NCBI GenBank assembly: GCA_012295275.1
Contig: CM022674.1
Location: 11,346,001 to 11,410,000, forward strand
Source: Chrysomallon squamiferum
Taxonomy: Eukaryota; Animalia; Mollusca
DNA length: 64,000 nt
Reading direction: 5' to 3'
Shown here: positions 1 through 14,663 of the stretch, one piece after another
Layout of the letters: the number at the start of each line of letters is the position of its first letter
Numbering within the stretch: position 1 is the first letter of the stretch
The notes under the pieces: model-generated
The model's database searches: none
Told to the model about the DNA's origin: nothing
The model's input: the letters and a program-made list of their open reading frames with translations, nothing else
Made by a program: the position numbers and the translations under genes

Positions 1-503
1 TCATGTTAAACATTGTGAGATATATTTTCATTTTAAAAGTTTGCCATTTATTTAATAAAATGTTGGTTTTCTAGAATTAAATAATTATCTGTACGTTAGT
101 CTGTCTCTTGTTTTTGTATGTTAACGCGATGCAATAAACGGAATTATTAGGTTTTAGTTTTGTAAACATTTTATTCTACAGCTTCTTTTTCTTTTTGTTT
201 TATCTTCAGTAATTTATATTAAACTTTTACTTAATAAATCGTTTGATTTTCGTTTGTGAATATTTATCTTAATAAACTTTGTCTTTTCAGTAGACAAATG
301 TTCAGATTACAAAATAACATTCTATATAATAACAATAATATATATAAATATAGACAAACACGCAGGTGTCTTGTGTGTATTTGAATGAAAGAGACAACGA
401 GATAAAGAGAGCAAGATAGACAGAGAGAGAGAGGACCGTACTAAATAATTCAATTTTTTTTAAAAATAATTTTGCTTATTTCTTTATTTTAATTTATTTT
501 CAG

Positions 504-669
504 TACTTCGAACCTATAGAAGATACAATTTATCGATGCTGTTTCAGGGGAGAGAATACTGGATGGGGGTGAACGACCCCCAGTCAGTAACAGGGGAGTA
601 TCCAGAACTGCAGGTTTTCGTCCCCAGCTTTTACATAGACCAATACCCTGTAACCAACGTCTTGTACTG
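504..669 (+). CDS. SUMF2: SUMF2/pFGE-like gene, first coding exon visible in the window (gene is 5'-partial)
   Basis: Acceptor ttttcag| at 503 and donor |gtatgt at 670. Translation LRTYRRYNLSMLFQGREYWMGVNDPQSVTGEYPELQVFVPSFYIDQYPVTNVLY(W) matches the start of the FGE-sulfatase domain (MG...GE.P......F.ID..PVTN). Confidence 0.85.
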
Positions 670-841
670 GTATGTTGATAAGACTTATCAGTTAAAATAA
701 TATCTATCTATATGTCTGTCTGTCTGTCTGTCTGTCTATCTCTCTATCTATCTATCTACCTCTCTGTCTGCCTGTCTGTCTGGCTGTCTGATTATCTATC
801 TATCTAATTCTGTAGGTGTTTTGTCATTGTTTTTATTTAAG

Positions 842-998
842 GGAGTTTTTGAGGAAGAAAAGAATGTACGTACCTGACTCTATGAAAAGTGGTTGGAGCT
901 GGGTGTTCGAAAAATTCGTTTCTAATCAGACTCGAGAGAGGTTGTCTGCCCCTGGAACTGGATTTTGGCTTGCAGTGAAACGAGCGAACTGGGAACAT
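842..998 (+). CDS. SUMF2: SUMF2-like coding exon
   Basis: Acceptor tttaag| and donor |gtttgt; phase matches the previous exon (TG|G = Trp). Encodes EFLRKKRMYVPDSMKSGWSWVFEKFVSNQTRERLSAPGTGFWLAVKRANWEH (FGE-family GWS.VF...W..V..A.W). Confidence 0.9.
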
Positions 999-1026
999 GT
1001 TTGTATTGTTCTTGTTTGCTTGTCTT

Positions 1027-1084
1027 ATTTATTTATCTATTTATTTATTTATTTATTTATTTATTCATTCAAACAGTCAGTTAG

Positions 1085-1115
<31 letters not shown>

Positions 1116-1268
1116 TCTATTTATTTATTTATTTATCTATTTATTCATTCAAACAGTCAGTTATTTATTTATTTATTTATTTATTTATCTATTTATTTAT
1201 TCAAACAGTCATTTATTTATTTATTTATCTATTTATTTATTTATCTATTTATTCATTCAAACAGTCAG

Positions 1269-1299
<31 letters not shown>

Positions 1300-1390
1300 T
1301 TCATTCAAACAGTCAGTTATTTATTTATTTATTTATTTATCTATTTATTTATTCAAACAGTCAGTCAGTTATTTATTTATTTATTTTTTT
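1027..1390. repeat. Compound (ATTT)n microsatellite with an interspersed ATTCAAACAGTC unit
   Basis: ttcaaacagtc recurs six times within (ATTT)n; this is the source of the spurious YLFI/IYLF ORFs. Confidence 0.9.
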
Positions 1391-2037
1391 AGTTTATATG
1401 TCTGTTTATAGATTTATTTGTATTAATATTTCATTCAGTCGTTTATTTTATTTATTTATTGGTGTATTTTGTTTGTTTATTTATCGACATATTTATTGTT
1501 TCTGTCGTGAACACTGTATTTAACTCAGGAACCAAAACAAAGATTATACAGATACACCTGATATTATGAATACAATTAATTGTCCAATCATATCTTCTCA
1601 GTAATTGTTTTATTTCTTCTCAGTTCTCAACCTTTGCTAATGATAAAGTCTGACAATAAAATAAAATAAATAAGTATGTACGGATTCTGTCATAATTATG
1701 ACGTAATTTGGTACTGATAAAAGAAGAGCTTTGATAGAACGTAATAAAATACTCAGTCTGTTATGATTTTTTTAAACCACATATTTTCCTCTTCTTTTTT
1801 TTTCTGTATTGTTTTTCTTTTTTCTTTTAGGAAAAGAAATTTAAAAAAAAAATTATAATGTATTTATTTATCTTTTAAACTGAAATTAGCTTTATTTCAA
1901 TAAACAATTGCTGATCCGGTATTTAGTATTGTAATATTTGAAACGAAGCGTTGTTATTAACGTATTAATTTACATATCGTCACATCAAAATCCTTAAATC
2001 TTTAATATTTCTTATTAGTACAATGTTTTGTGTTTAG

Positions 2038-2191
2038 CCCGAGGGCCCAGATACTGACATAAACAAGCGCTGGACACACCCGGTTACTCACGTGAGCTGG
2101 CGTGATGCTCAAATCTACTGCGGTTACTATGGGAAACGTCTACCCACTGAGCAGGAGTGGGAACTGGCAGCCCGAGGAACAAAGCTTGTGA
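2038..2191 (+). CDS. SUMF2: SUMF2-like coding exon (donor GT at 2192; alternative donor at 2188)
   Basis: Acceptor tgtttag|. Encodes [51 protein letters not shown], containing the FGE hallmark HPV.HVSW.DA..YC...GKRLPTE.EWE.AARG. Confidence 0.93.
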
Positions 2192-2779
2192 GTAAGTACA
2201 CGAAGAGTAGACGAAGAGTAGACAAAGTGTAGACGGAGAGCAGACGAAGCTTAGTAACTAAGAAATACAAGAAAATAGCATAAAGAAGACTCTTCACAAA
2301 ATACTCTCAGAATTTTTGGTAAATATGATGATGACGTTGATGTAATGATGAGGATGATGTTGATGATGATGATAATAATAATCATAATAATATTACTGCA
2401 ACGTCAACGACAACAACTACTTCTACCATTTCGACTACCACTGTTACCATTGCCGCTGTTACAATTACGTTTACTGCCACAGTTACTACTACTGCTACTA
2501 TTTCTACTATTACCACTACCACTACTACCACTACTACTACTACTCTACTACCTCTACTACTATTACTATTACTGCTGCTATTACTGCTACAGTTGTTACT
2601 ATTATAAGTACTGCAACTACAGTAATTATTACAACGTAATCATCATCATCATCAGCTACAAAAACGACAGCAGCAGCTACTTCTGTTACCACTACAACCA
2701 CCAAGACTATAACCACTGCTGCTATAATTATTATTAATACTAGGACCACTGTTATTACTACTGTTTTTGTTTCTTGCAG

Positions 2780-2841
2780 ACGAACATGTACAGTATCCCT
2801 GGGGAGATCTCTGGGTGAAGAACAGAATGAATACATGGCAG
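2780..2841 (+). CDS. SUMF2: SUMF2-like coding exon
   Basis: Acceptor ttcttgcag| and donor CAG|gtatag. Encodes (N)EHVQYPWGDLWVKNRMNTWQ (YPWG...N.WQG motif). Confidence 0.9.
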
Positions 2842-2867
2842 GTATAGTGTTTATTTGTGTTTCACTT

Positions 2868-3680
<813 letters not shown>

Positions 3681-3797
3681 ATAATGAAGTCATAAAAGAT
3701 AGAGACACACACAGAAAGAGACAAATGGGCAGAGGTATGGAGATATAGAAAGAATGGGACAGAGAATTTTTCGTTCAAAGATATAAATCTGTTTCAG

Positions 3798-3882
3798 GGG
3801 AAATTTCCGTTTGTAAATAAAAAATCTGACGGATATGAAGGAACATCACCAGTAGATGCGTATCCTAGGCAAAACACAGATG
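3798..3882 (+). CDS. SUMF2: SUMF2-like coding exon
   Basis: Acceptor gtttcag| and donor G|gtaagt. Encodes GKFPFVNKKSDGYEGTSPVDAYPRQNTD(G) (G.FP......DG..G.SPV.A.P.QN..G). Confidence 0.93.
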
Positions 3883-4129
3883 GTAAGTATATTTATATAC
3901 ATCCTTTATGGTATTTCATTAATTTAACAAAGACATAGTCTGTTACAGCTAAAAATTAATCTACAGAAGACATCATTGTTTTCGAACCATGAGTGCTAAA
4001 CTCTGACATGGATATAAGAAAAGTTATTTATTTATTTATTTGTTTGTTTGTTTATTTATTTATTTATTTATTTATTTATTTTTGTGAATTTGTTTATCCA
4101 TTTATTATTGTTATTTTGTTGCCGTTGAT

Positions 4130-4154
4130 GATGCTGCTACTACTACTACTACTG

Positions 4155-4243
<89 letters not shown>

Positions 4244-4325
4244 GCTACTACTACTACTGCTACTGCTACTACTACTACTACTGCTACTACTACTACTGAT
4301 ACTAGTACTACTACTACTACTGCTG
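4130..4325. repeat. (CTA)n microsatellite just upstream of a SUMF2 exon
   Basis: Seen directly; gives poly-L/S/V ORFs. Confidence 0.95.
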
Positions 4326-4341
4326 TACATTGATGTTGCAG

Positions 4342-4504
4342 GTATGTATGACATGCTGGGTAACGTGTGGGAGTGGACGTCGTCGAGGTATGAACAACTC
4401 GGAGTTCATCCCAAACATCAGGAAAATCTCTTAGTGCTGAAAGGCGGGTCACACCTCGACAGCGTCAGGGGCGACTTCGGCTACACCGTCCGAATTTCTA
4501 ACAG
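4342..4504 (+). CDS. SUMF2: SUMF2-like coding exon (active-site region without catalytic Cys)
   Basis: Acceptor gttgcag| and donor AG|gtattg. Encodes GMYDMLGNVWEWTSSRYEQLGVHPKHQENLLVLKGGSHLDSVRGDFGYTVRISNR. The GNVWEW motif is present, but the SUMF1 GGSYMCHRSYC cysteines are absent, as in SUMF2. Confidence 0.93.
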
Positions 4505-4849
4505 GTATTGTTGTTGTTGTTGTTGTTGTTGCTGTTGTTGTGGTTGTTGTTACTCAACCGTGAAATCATACTTTCATATGAGGTAACCGATTTGTCTAAC
4601 GTTTCTTCTACTGTTGTCAGGGGAAACAAAACTTTCAGTTCGTAATGACGTCATAACTCCGGTTGTAAATGTTTTATTACGATTAGTGATAAGTTGTTGC
4701 CCAAAACAATAAAATAATAATTTGGAAGTGCAAATAATTTTATTTGTATTGTGATTAAATACATTTTAATGATTTTTTTTTATCAATATTATATTGTCAA
4801 AATAAGCCTTTCATTTATTTATTTATTTATTTATTTATTTATTTTTCAG

Positions 4850-4997
4850 AATGCCACAGGCGCCAGATTATACGGCCAGTAACGTAGGATTCCGATGTGC
4901 TAAAAGTGCGCCCGATGTTGAGCCGATCGGAGGACATCGGCCATTACCGCAAGAATGGGTCGAAAAAAATCGGAAATTTGGAAGAGTCGAGTTATAA
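4850..4997 (+). CDS. SUMF2: SUMF2-like terminal coding exon, ending in KDEL-like RVEL*
   Basis: Acceptor tttttcag|. Encodes (R)MPQAPDYTASNVGFRCAKSAPDVEPIGGHRPLPQEWVEKNRKFGRVEL*, with the N.GFRC motif and TAA at 4995-4997. Confidence 0.92.
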
Positions 4998-5372
4998 GAA
5001 TAGTATAGACATAGAATAATTAGCGACTTTCATTTGGTAGTTTGAATTATTCAAAACCAAAGACATCGAATTATAAAGTATTTCATTCAACCAAAAAGAT
5101 CATTTTTATTTAATATTTGCTTCTAACTATTTAATTTTTCTTATTTATATATTTTTTTTAAATGGCGTGACAGCTACTAATATCATCTCGCGGATTCACG
5201 TTGTGTATGAGAACTCGATTTCTAAAATTCAGAAAAGGTGCTACAACTTCCATTAGACCATGAATTATAATGTGTTTTATTTATTTATTTATTTGTTGGC
5301 AGAAGTACTTAGTGTTCATTATTTTGTGAGAAAGCAGTTTATATGTCATTCGTGAATGTTTAAGAGAATATT

Positions 5373-5378
5373 AATAAA
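5373..5378 (+). terminator. Probable polyadenylation signal of the SUMF2-like gene
   Basis: AATAAA ~375 nt after the stop codon, followed ~25 nt later by a GT/T-rich tract (cttcgttatcttgttttc). Confidence 0.5.
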
Positions 5379-6497
5379 AACTTTAATTAACTGACAAATG
5401 CTTCGTTATCTTGTTTTCTAAAATTAAAAATACATTCTACATTTTCTAGACTGTCGGTGACAATATTTAGAATTAATTATTCAAACCATATTATGATAAA
5501 ATCAGTTAATTCTTTATAGAGAATTGTGTATTTGCTATAAGGTACAGTTTTATTTATATATTTTGAGAGTGAATGAAGAGGAAGAAATAAATTAAAAAGA
5601 AAACAAATGTTTCAGATAATAATATATAATAATTTTATATTCAGCGATCAGTTCTTTAAAGATGGTTGAATTATCTCCCTTCCACCGTTATTTTGCATAG
5701 GAAATTTTCTGATTTTCTATACGAAAAATTGAAAGTCATTTTGAATATTACTTAAATATTTATTTAATTATTAATCATAGCATGTCACCTTGTTACGTTC
5801 ATTTACAGACATATTCTATTTGTTTATTAATTTTTTTTTAAATGTTAATTATATTTATTTATCTTTTATTTTACTTTATCATGTTTTAAATTTTTATTTT
5901 ATTTTACAAACTCGTATTACTTACTATCGCTTTTTCATTTATTTATCGCGTTTATTTATTTAAATTAATTTAATTTTATTGTATTTCACAAACACCACAA
6001 AGCAGATTATCATTTTCAGCACATTTTCGTTCCTCCATCATTTGAACTTTTCAATGAACCCGACGCCATTCATTTTTATTATTGTTTAACTGGCAAGTGA
6101 CTTCAGACGTCTACTTAGAGTTGTCAGCCGTTCTTTTAAAAAACGTTATTAATTCACCTACCATCTGTGATGGTTTTTCAAACACGAGTCATCCTTCAGC
6201 CTGCGTAGTAAACTAAAGTACTTTAAGACAGTTCTAAACTTTAACAATTCTGTGATAGGGTCAACGAACCGATATTATGATTATTAATTTTTAATATATA
6301 TAAAAAGAAAGAAGAAGACAATCTGTGTAGCAATGAAAATACAATAATTATTAATATTATATTAGCGGGGAAATTATAATAAATAAAGAAGTTTGAATTC
6401 CTTTTTACAATTAATTTGTTAATATTGTTAATAGTGAAATGGAATTTCGTTTAAATTTTGGGCTTAATTTTGTATCATTTAATTATTGGTTTCACAG

Positions 6498-6572
<75 letters not shown>

Positions 6573-7067
6573 CCATTTCAAAATCTTTTTAAACTCAATT
6601 TTTCTTTGTTTTCCTTTTTTTTCCTTCTTAAATAATAAATCCTGAACATTTGAAACTGTTTTAACTCTTCAGCATGGATGAACTGTAACTGGCCTCTCGT
6701 TAACAAATCAAGAAATGAATAATGTTTTTAATTCCCATTTGTTAAAAAAATACGAAAACGTTATTAGAATAATAGCTTAGGCGTTATGCATTTAATTCTC
6801 AATGACATATTCAAGTACTGGCGACTTCAAAGGAAAAAAAAGGTTTTGTTGTGTGTTACTAACGGTGTGTTAGAAAACAGTTTTGTAATGTTCTTTTAAC
6901 CTTAGTCGACAGTCACAGTTCTGAAACAGTTGTGAAAGATGGAATACGTTTAGTGAACAGGGAATATTATAATATATTTCATTTATAGTAAGTAACCTGT
7001 AAATATATTAGTTTTGACGGTATTTCTTCTTCTTCTTCTTCTTCCTTTTCTTCTTCTTCTTCTTCTT

Positions 7068-7127
<60 letters not shown>

Positions 7128-7519
7128 ACTACTACCGCTGGTGCTACCTCTACTATTACTATTATTAAAAGTAATGTCACTATTAGTATTACTATAACTA
7201 CTACTACTGTTACTACTATTATCTCAAATATTACTACTATTACTACTGCTGCTGCCACAGTTGTGAGAAAATTAATGCAAATTAAGAAAGTGTTAGTTAA
7301 ACTTTGAATAAGTCTAATCGTTCTTTTTATGTGTTATTTTTCTTTAATCATTTGATTTATAAATTTATACATAAAATTATGTTGCATCAATATAGTAATC
7401 AAATAATGGGTAAAAATGTAATCCTTACAAGAAGAAGATAAATATATAAAATAAAATACATTAAACTAAAATTAAATAGAATAAAATAATAAAATAAAAT
7501 AAAATAAAATAAAATAAAA

Positions 7520-7566
<47 letters not shown>

Positions 7567-7960
7567 CCATATTATTTTGTAAAGTTGTGCTGACGGTAGT
7601 ATTCATGTGCTGTAAATAATATCTTTGAAACTTATCTGTTTAACAGTTTGTTTAAAAAGATTTCTTTCATTTATAATTTTTGTATTTATAATCAGAGATC
7701 GATCAGAGACACAGATTAATCATTTAAGTTTGGGTTTTTTTATTCTCTTTTTTAATCTTCCTTTATCACTCTCTTTGTGTCTGTTTGTCTGTCTATCTTC
7801 ATAATCGTAAATAATTTAAGGCAAATCAAAATCACGTCAATGCGAAATATAGCTTTATAATAAATCTCTTCATTTTTTCCCCCCTCTCTCTCTCTCTTTA
7901 TTTCATGTCATGTATTAATTGCCTTCACCGAGAACAAATCGACTGTTACACAGATCTGTT

Positions 7961-8101
7961 TTCCCAGGACACTGGCTAACCTCTGGTGTGCAGTGCAGTG
8001 GCGAGGTCTAATGGACGGATGAACCCCAGAATGCGCATGTCATGTCGGCTATTATCTCCTCGTTAGATTGGGATGAACCTGGAAAAGATCTTGATGACCC
8101 T
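7961..8101 (+). repeat. Dispersed module, copy 1 (TTCCCAGGACACTGG...GGATGAACC...)
   Basis: TTCCCAGGACACTGGCTAACCT at 7961, GGATGAACCC ~8017, GGATGAACCT ~8071, GATGACCCT ~8093. Confidence 0.6.
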
Positions 8102-10602
8102 GTCTTCTTTTGTCCCCATGACAACAAGATGGTTGTTTCGTGGTTTTCTGGGGTCCATCAGTATGTCACGGTAAAGAGGTATTCCTGCTATGTCTCCCTT
8201 TCCCATGCTCCGCGGCCATATTCTGTTTGTCGTGGGGTAGTTTCCTCCTTTAGTGCCCGATGACCCCGTGCGCTATGGATAATCTCTCTTGTCGTGAACG
8301 GGTAAACATTCCTCTTAATGGTCAGTCAGTGTTGTCCCTTATTGTCCAGTGTGTTAATGTTTATTAATCCGACGCGTCACTATCTCGCTAAACTGTTGTG
8401 ACGGGTGGTAACACAGCCAGAACGCCCTTTTTAACTTCGCTTCAGAATGATCTTCAAATCGTATTCGTTCTGTAGTTCGTAGCTTTATTTTATTTTATTT
8501 TATTTTATTTTATTTATTTATTTATTTATCAGTTTATTAACTTTTTTAAATTTATTTATTTTCAATACTCTAGCGAACAATTACATATTATAATACTACT
8601 GCAAGGCTTAATTAATACATTGGCTTCTTTTTTCAGTGATTTTCTGATATTTTATTTCCAAAATAGTTTTAAAAAAAGAACATTTCTTACCTTTATTTCA
8701 TTAACTGATATTACAAGTTAATTTTCTAAGACAGTAAAACAGTTTTGACTTTTCCAGTAAGATTTTTCTAATATTATTTTGATATAACTTTTGTAAGGTT
8801 ATTCTACCACTTTTCACCTTCCTTAATTTTACCTGAGTGCACAGAACGTCAGATCTCCGTTTCTCGTTTTCGCTCTGTCAACAACACATACACACATACA
8901 AACATACACATAAACACACGCACAAGCACTCACAAAGAAACACATACAAACATACACATAAACACACGCACAGGCGCGCACACACACACATAAAAAACAT
9001 ACAAAGAAAAGTATATAAAGTATGGACAGAGACATCGTTTCACAAATAACTGACATATGCGTTGTATTTTATAATTTATGATCATGTATTAAAATTAAAT
9101 TGAACTAAGACAGCACGTACATACGAACAGAAGGCGTTTGACACCAGATTTTAAATTTAAAAAAAAAATTAAAAAAATTAAAAAAAGAAAGAAAAGATGA
9201 CAAAGAAGGATTTTGATAAATCGTTCTGAAGAAGGTTAATTAACGCAGCCATTGTTTTCTTTCTTCGTACCTCCCTCCTTTTTTCACGCTTCATTTTTCC
9301 AGGTCACGCGTCGGCCTCACTCAAAAATAATTTTAGTGTTGAAAAAACTGAACATGCTACAGGCGTTTTGAAAGAAAAGATAGCTCAGGAATAAAATGAT
9401 ATGTTAAATGAATGGACACAAGGGCGTTAGAATAATTGTCCCATTCACGGGAAGATATACGCGGGACAGCGCTGTTGTCAGTCACGAGTATGAAAAATTG
9501 GTCCGCTGTTTCAGCCTTTCATCATTTTCTCGTATTGCGACTGCAGTCTGCGGTCACTTCGCTCTCCGTAACCTCTGAGTCCGGGTCAGTCATTATTTTA
9601 AGAGTTGTCAAATCTGGGAAGAAATATCTTTTATAAAAGGAAGACAAAGAAATAAAGAAGAAGAAGAAAAATATGAAGAGGACAGATGGGGGAATTTTTA
9701 AACAGAAGAATATTTTTTGATTTTTTTTTCTTTTTCTTTTGGTGATTTATTTTTGTTTGCGTGTAGAATCAGCGAGATTTGCAGTAATCGTGATACCAAC
9801 GACGTGGTGATTTGCAAGAATATGCAGCATCATCGATTCAGACATCAACGTCATGTATAATCAATATATCGAATTTCGTTCTTAAGAAAAAAAAAAGAAT
9901 GAATAGTTAAAAACCTTGAAGTGCCGCAATAACTATAAATCTGACATCGCAGTCTTGTTCAAATGTAATTTATATTAATGTTCTCGTTTGTGAAACATAA
10001 AATGCTTGTACTGTAAAAGAATAAAAAGAATTGATGAGAGAGAAAATGAGAGAAGGAAGAACCAACTCTATTTCTTTATTTGTCATGTTAAAAGTTTCAT
10101 TAGAGATGAGTTTCAGTCAGATAATTCTGTTTCTTTCTTTCTAATTTTTTATTTTTTTTTGCTTTCTTCTTCTTCTTTTCATACATTTCCTTTTTTTGTC
10201 TTGAAATCTTTTTACTTTTTCATTCTTTATTATGTCTTTCGTTTCTTTCTTTATTCTTTCTTTCTTCATTCTTTGTGTTTTCATTTGAATGTGTTTTTTC
10301 CTGCACGTGATCTGAATGGAGCGAAAAAGAAAAAGAAACGAAAAGGGACTATATAAAATTATAACAAATATATAAATAAAAAGTATTTCAAACAATAAAC
10401 TTAATGTTCTTATTTGTTTAAAAATTATTGATTAATGCATGTTTTAATGTATATATTAATTTTAATTCTTAAATTTAGTCTCATTCACAATAATTTAATT
10501 ATCAAGAGTGTGCATGGGAAAGACATATACGAAGATATTTTTTTTATTTTAATTTTTAATTTTTGTTTGACATTAGAACAATGTCATCTATGAGAAAAAA
10601 GA

Positions 10603-11097
<495 letters not shown>

Positions 11098-11135
11098 CTC
11101 CTTAAAAGTATAAAGTTCACGGTAACTTGGTCCAA

Positions 11136-11250
11136 TTCCCAGGACACTGGTCAACCTTTGATGACCACCTTCTTGTACAGGATGAACTGAGGAGATAGTT
11201 TCTCGTGTGTGTAATTACGATGTCTTCAATGGGATGACCCTAGAAGACAC
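11136..11250 (+). repeat. Dispersed module, copy 2
   Basis: TTCCCAGGACACTGGTCAACCT at 11136, TGACCACC at 11162, GGATGAACTGAGGA ~11180, GGATGACCCTAGAAGAC ~11232. Confidence 0.65.
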
Positions 11251-11522
11251 TCCTCCTCCTTTGTGAGGGAGATTTGAAAGCAGCCGATGCTGAAAAGATT
11301 CTGAAGTTTCGTTTTGTTGCGGACATTGTCTGTTTACTGGTCAAAGTTTTCTCATGATCCCAGATTTGTTGTTTTGTGTGTAAAAAGGTTAACCTTGCTT
11401 TGGTTGAAAATACATCATCATTCATTCTCGTTAACTCTTCCACGGGTGTCGAAGATTTTATCAAATTGAGGGTGGGGTTTGAGTGATAGTAGGGCGATGA
11501 CATCCGGTGGGTATGTGTTTTT

Positions 11523-11628
<106 letters not shown>

Positions 11629-12731
11629 ATTTTGTTAGTACAAATACATTTCAAAAATCAGCATTATCAAAAATATATATATTTAAGACCGAACAGAAGA
11701 ATGAATAAAAATCAATTTACCTGGAGGGACATAAAGTATTTAACAGGACAGCGTGACTAACAGACAGACAGACACAGACAATACACGACTATGATAATTT
11801 GGGGAGTTTGAATAACAACATTTTGTTGTGGTACGTAAATCACAAGAGAAAAAGAAGAAAAAGAACAGAGTGAAATATCCAGAGGACCGGACAAACGGAC
11901 ACAGACACAAGGATTGTATGAATTACAGTGTTGCTATCTTTTTTCTTTTTTTAATATTATTTATTTATTTGTTCATGTATTTATTTATTTGAAACTTTCA
12001 GTGAAGATTGGTTACTTAATAATAATTAATACATCAACAACAACAACCACTGCTACTGCTGTTATTATTAGCAGTACTAGTAGAATATTACTACTGCTAC
12101 ATACTTATTATTATCATCATCATCATCATTATCATCATCATTATCATCAACATTATCATCAACATTATCATCAACATTATCATCATCATAAGCATCATTA
12201 CAAAATTTCCGGCGAATAAATGCAGTCATATGGCGACTTATCATTTGGCTCAGCGCTTCTAATCGGCGATAAAAAAGCGAATTGTTACAGTTTGGTCTGC
12301 TGACACCCGATGCAGACGATCAAATTAACGCGACACACCCACCAATTTACGCACGCGCTTCTGCCGTTCACGAGGCGCAGACGACAGAGGCGAGAAAGAA
12401 AGGAAAGAGAAAAGAGATGTGTGCGTTGAAAAAAGAAGACGAAGAAGATAAAGAGAAAGAAAAAAAACTAGGTTAAAATGGGTCGACACGATTATCATCT
12501 GTCACCTGCTGGTCTTTATTTCATCGCGTAGTAAGAACTGAGTGAAGAGGCTGTCCGTCCTCTGCTTCTGCCTGTCACTGCTTTGAGGTATTGCTCGGAC
12601 ATGCGCATTGTCCAGTTTGCACGTTGCAAAGCAGTGGGGGAGGGCAGGTCAGAGCAGTGGACCGGTCAAGCTGCCCTAACCTGCAAATTTTAGGTCAAAA
12701 CGAAGAAAGGGGGGGGGAAAAAAAAAATGTT

Positions 12732-12762
<31 letters not shown>

Positions 12763-12854
12763 TGATAATAATAATAATAAAAAAAAGACTGAAAAAAGAA
12801 TATTATTCTCCAAGCGTAACTATAGTAATTTGTATAATTTATTTTTTTACTTCT

Positions 12855-12893
<39 letters not shown>

Positions 12894-13679
12894 TCAATAA
12901 TTTGTGATCGAAGGACCGTCTGGTTCAAAACTCCTATCTACAGGTAAGTAATTTAACTGAGTCCTTCTGTTAATAGGTAGGTATATAATGATGTCTACTT
13001 GCCGCTATAGATTATATTACTTTTACGAAAATCACTGACAAATATTGTTTTATAAAAATATAATCAAAATTGGGGAAGGGGAGGTCGCTGGACAAATATT
13101 AATCAGTTCATTGTTACTATTAATTTGAAATACATTATAGATTTGTAAATAGCTTTCATTTATATGTTAGGTAAACAAAGATAATGCTAAATAAATATAG
13201 AAACAGTAATTAAAATATTGAATTATATATATATATATATACACATATTAAAATATATATATACCTATATACATTCATGATAATAGACATATACAATATA
13301 TTAAATACAGCACAGTAAATTGAAAACATGTTGAACAAGCGATTCAAGTACATTACATCATTGAATATGTAAGTAAGTATGTAAATAAATAAATAAATTA
13401 AATTAAATAAATTAAATTTTTAAAATAAGTATTCATTTCTTCCACTTTGAAATATAAATTAATCATCTGTTATAAAATTACACTTTCTTTAAAAAAAATC
13501 TAAGATTTTGAAAAACAGTTGAAAAATATTTTAGGCTATAATATTGTTATTGTTTTTAAAATTATATTTCAAAATTTCTATTTTATTAAAATTACAATTT
13601 CATCTTTAAAAACAAATATACTGGTCTTTGCAATACAATATCAAATTTATTTTGTAATTTTTTTCTTTTTAATTCTCTT

Positions 13680-13710
<31 letters not shown>

Positions 13711-14000
13711 GTTTCGGGGTGTATAATCATTTTGTATTTAAATTACACTTTTAAAATTTTCACACCCTCAAACTGAACTCCACCCGAACTTTCCCCTGGC
13801 AGGAACGACCCTGAAAGGCCAAAAGTGAATTAAAATCTTTTGAAGATGTCTTTTAGTCAGATCTAACAAAAGAGTCTGCCGAGATCCACATCCTGGGACG
13901 ATTGTACATCTGTGTGTGTGTCACTTCATTCATATCTCAAACAGATGTCCTTTGTCGTTCAATAATACAGAAATTATCATTATTATTATCATCATCATCA

Positions 14001-14078
<78 letters not shown>

Positions 14079-14258
14079 ATAGTATTGTTGTTGTTGTTGT
14101 TATTAAAATTATAATAATTATTGTTTTTTATCATAATGATGATGATAACGAGGACGATGATAATGATGATGATGATAATAATAATAATAATAATAATAAT
14201 AGTAGTAGAAGTAGTACTAGCAGTATTAGTAATATTAAAAGTAGATATTCTTCTTCTT

Positions 14259-14289
<31 letters not shown>

Positions 14290-14335
14290 TTATTATACTT
14301 GATATCCGCGTACCACAACTTTTTAATCATCTATT

Positions 14336-14368
<33 letters not shown>

Positions 14369-14609
14369 TTTTTCTTCCTCTTCTTCTTTTTTTCTTGTTG
14401 TTGTTGTTTTGTTGTTATTATTATTAATATTATTATTATTTTAATGTTTTTTTAATTCAAATTTATTAAAGATCTGTTCAAGATATATTCCTAAAGTAAG
14501 AGTTAAATTTTTTCACATTAAAGTTGTTTTTGCTGTTGTTGTAGTAGAGTCAGTCGTCGTCGTTGTTGTTCATCATAATCATCATCGTATACTATCATGT
14601 TATTATTAA

Positions 14610-14663
<54 letters not shown>

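Noticed and set aside
1027-1390. CRISPR-like array
   Set aside because: Eukaryotic intron; the spacers are (ATTT)n rather than unique sequence, and there are no cas genes.
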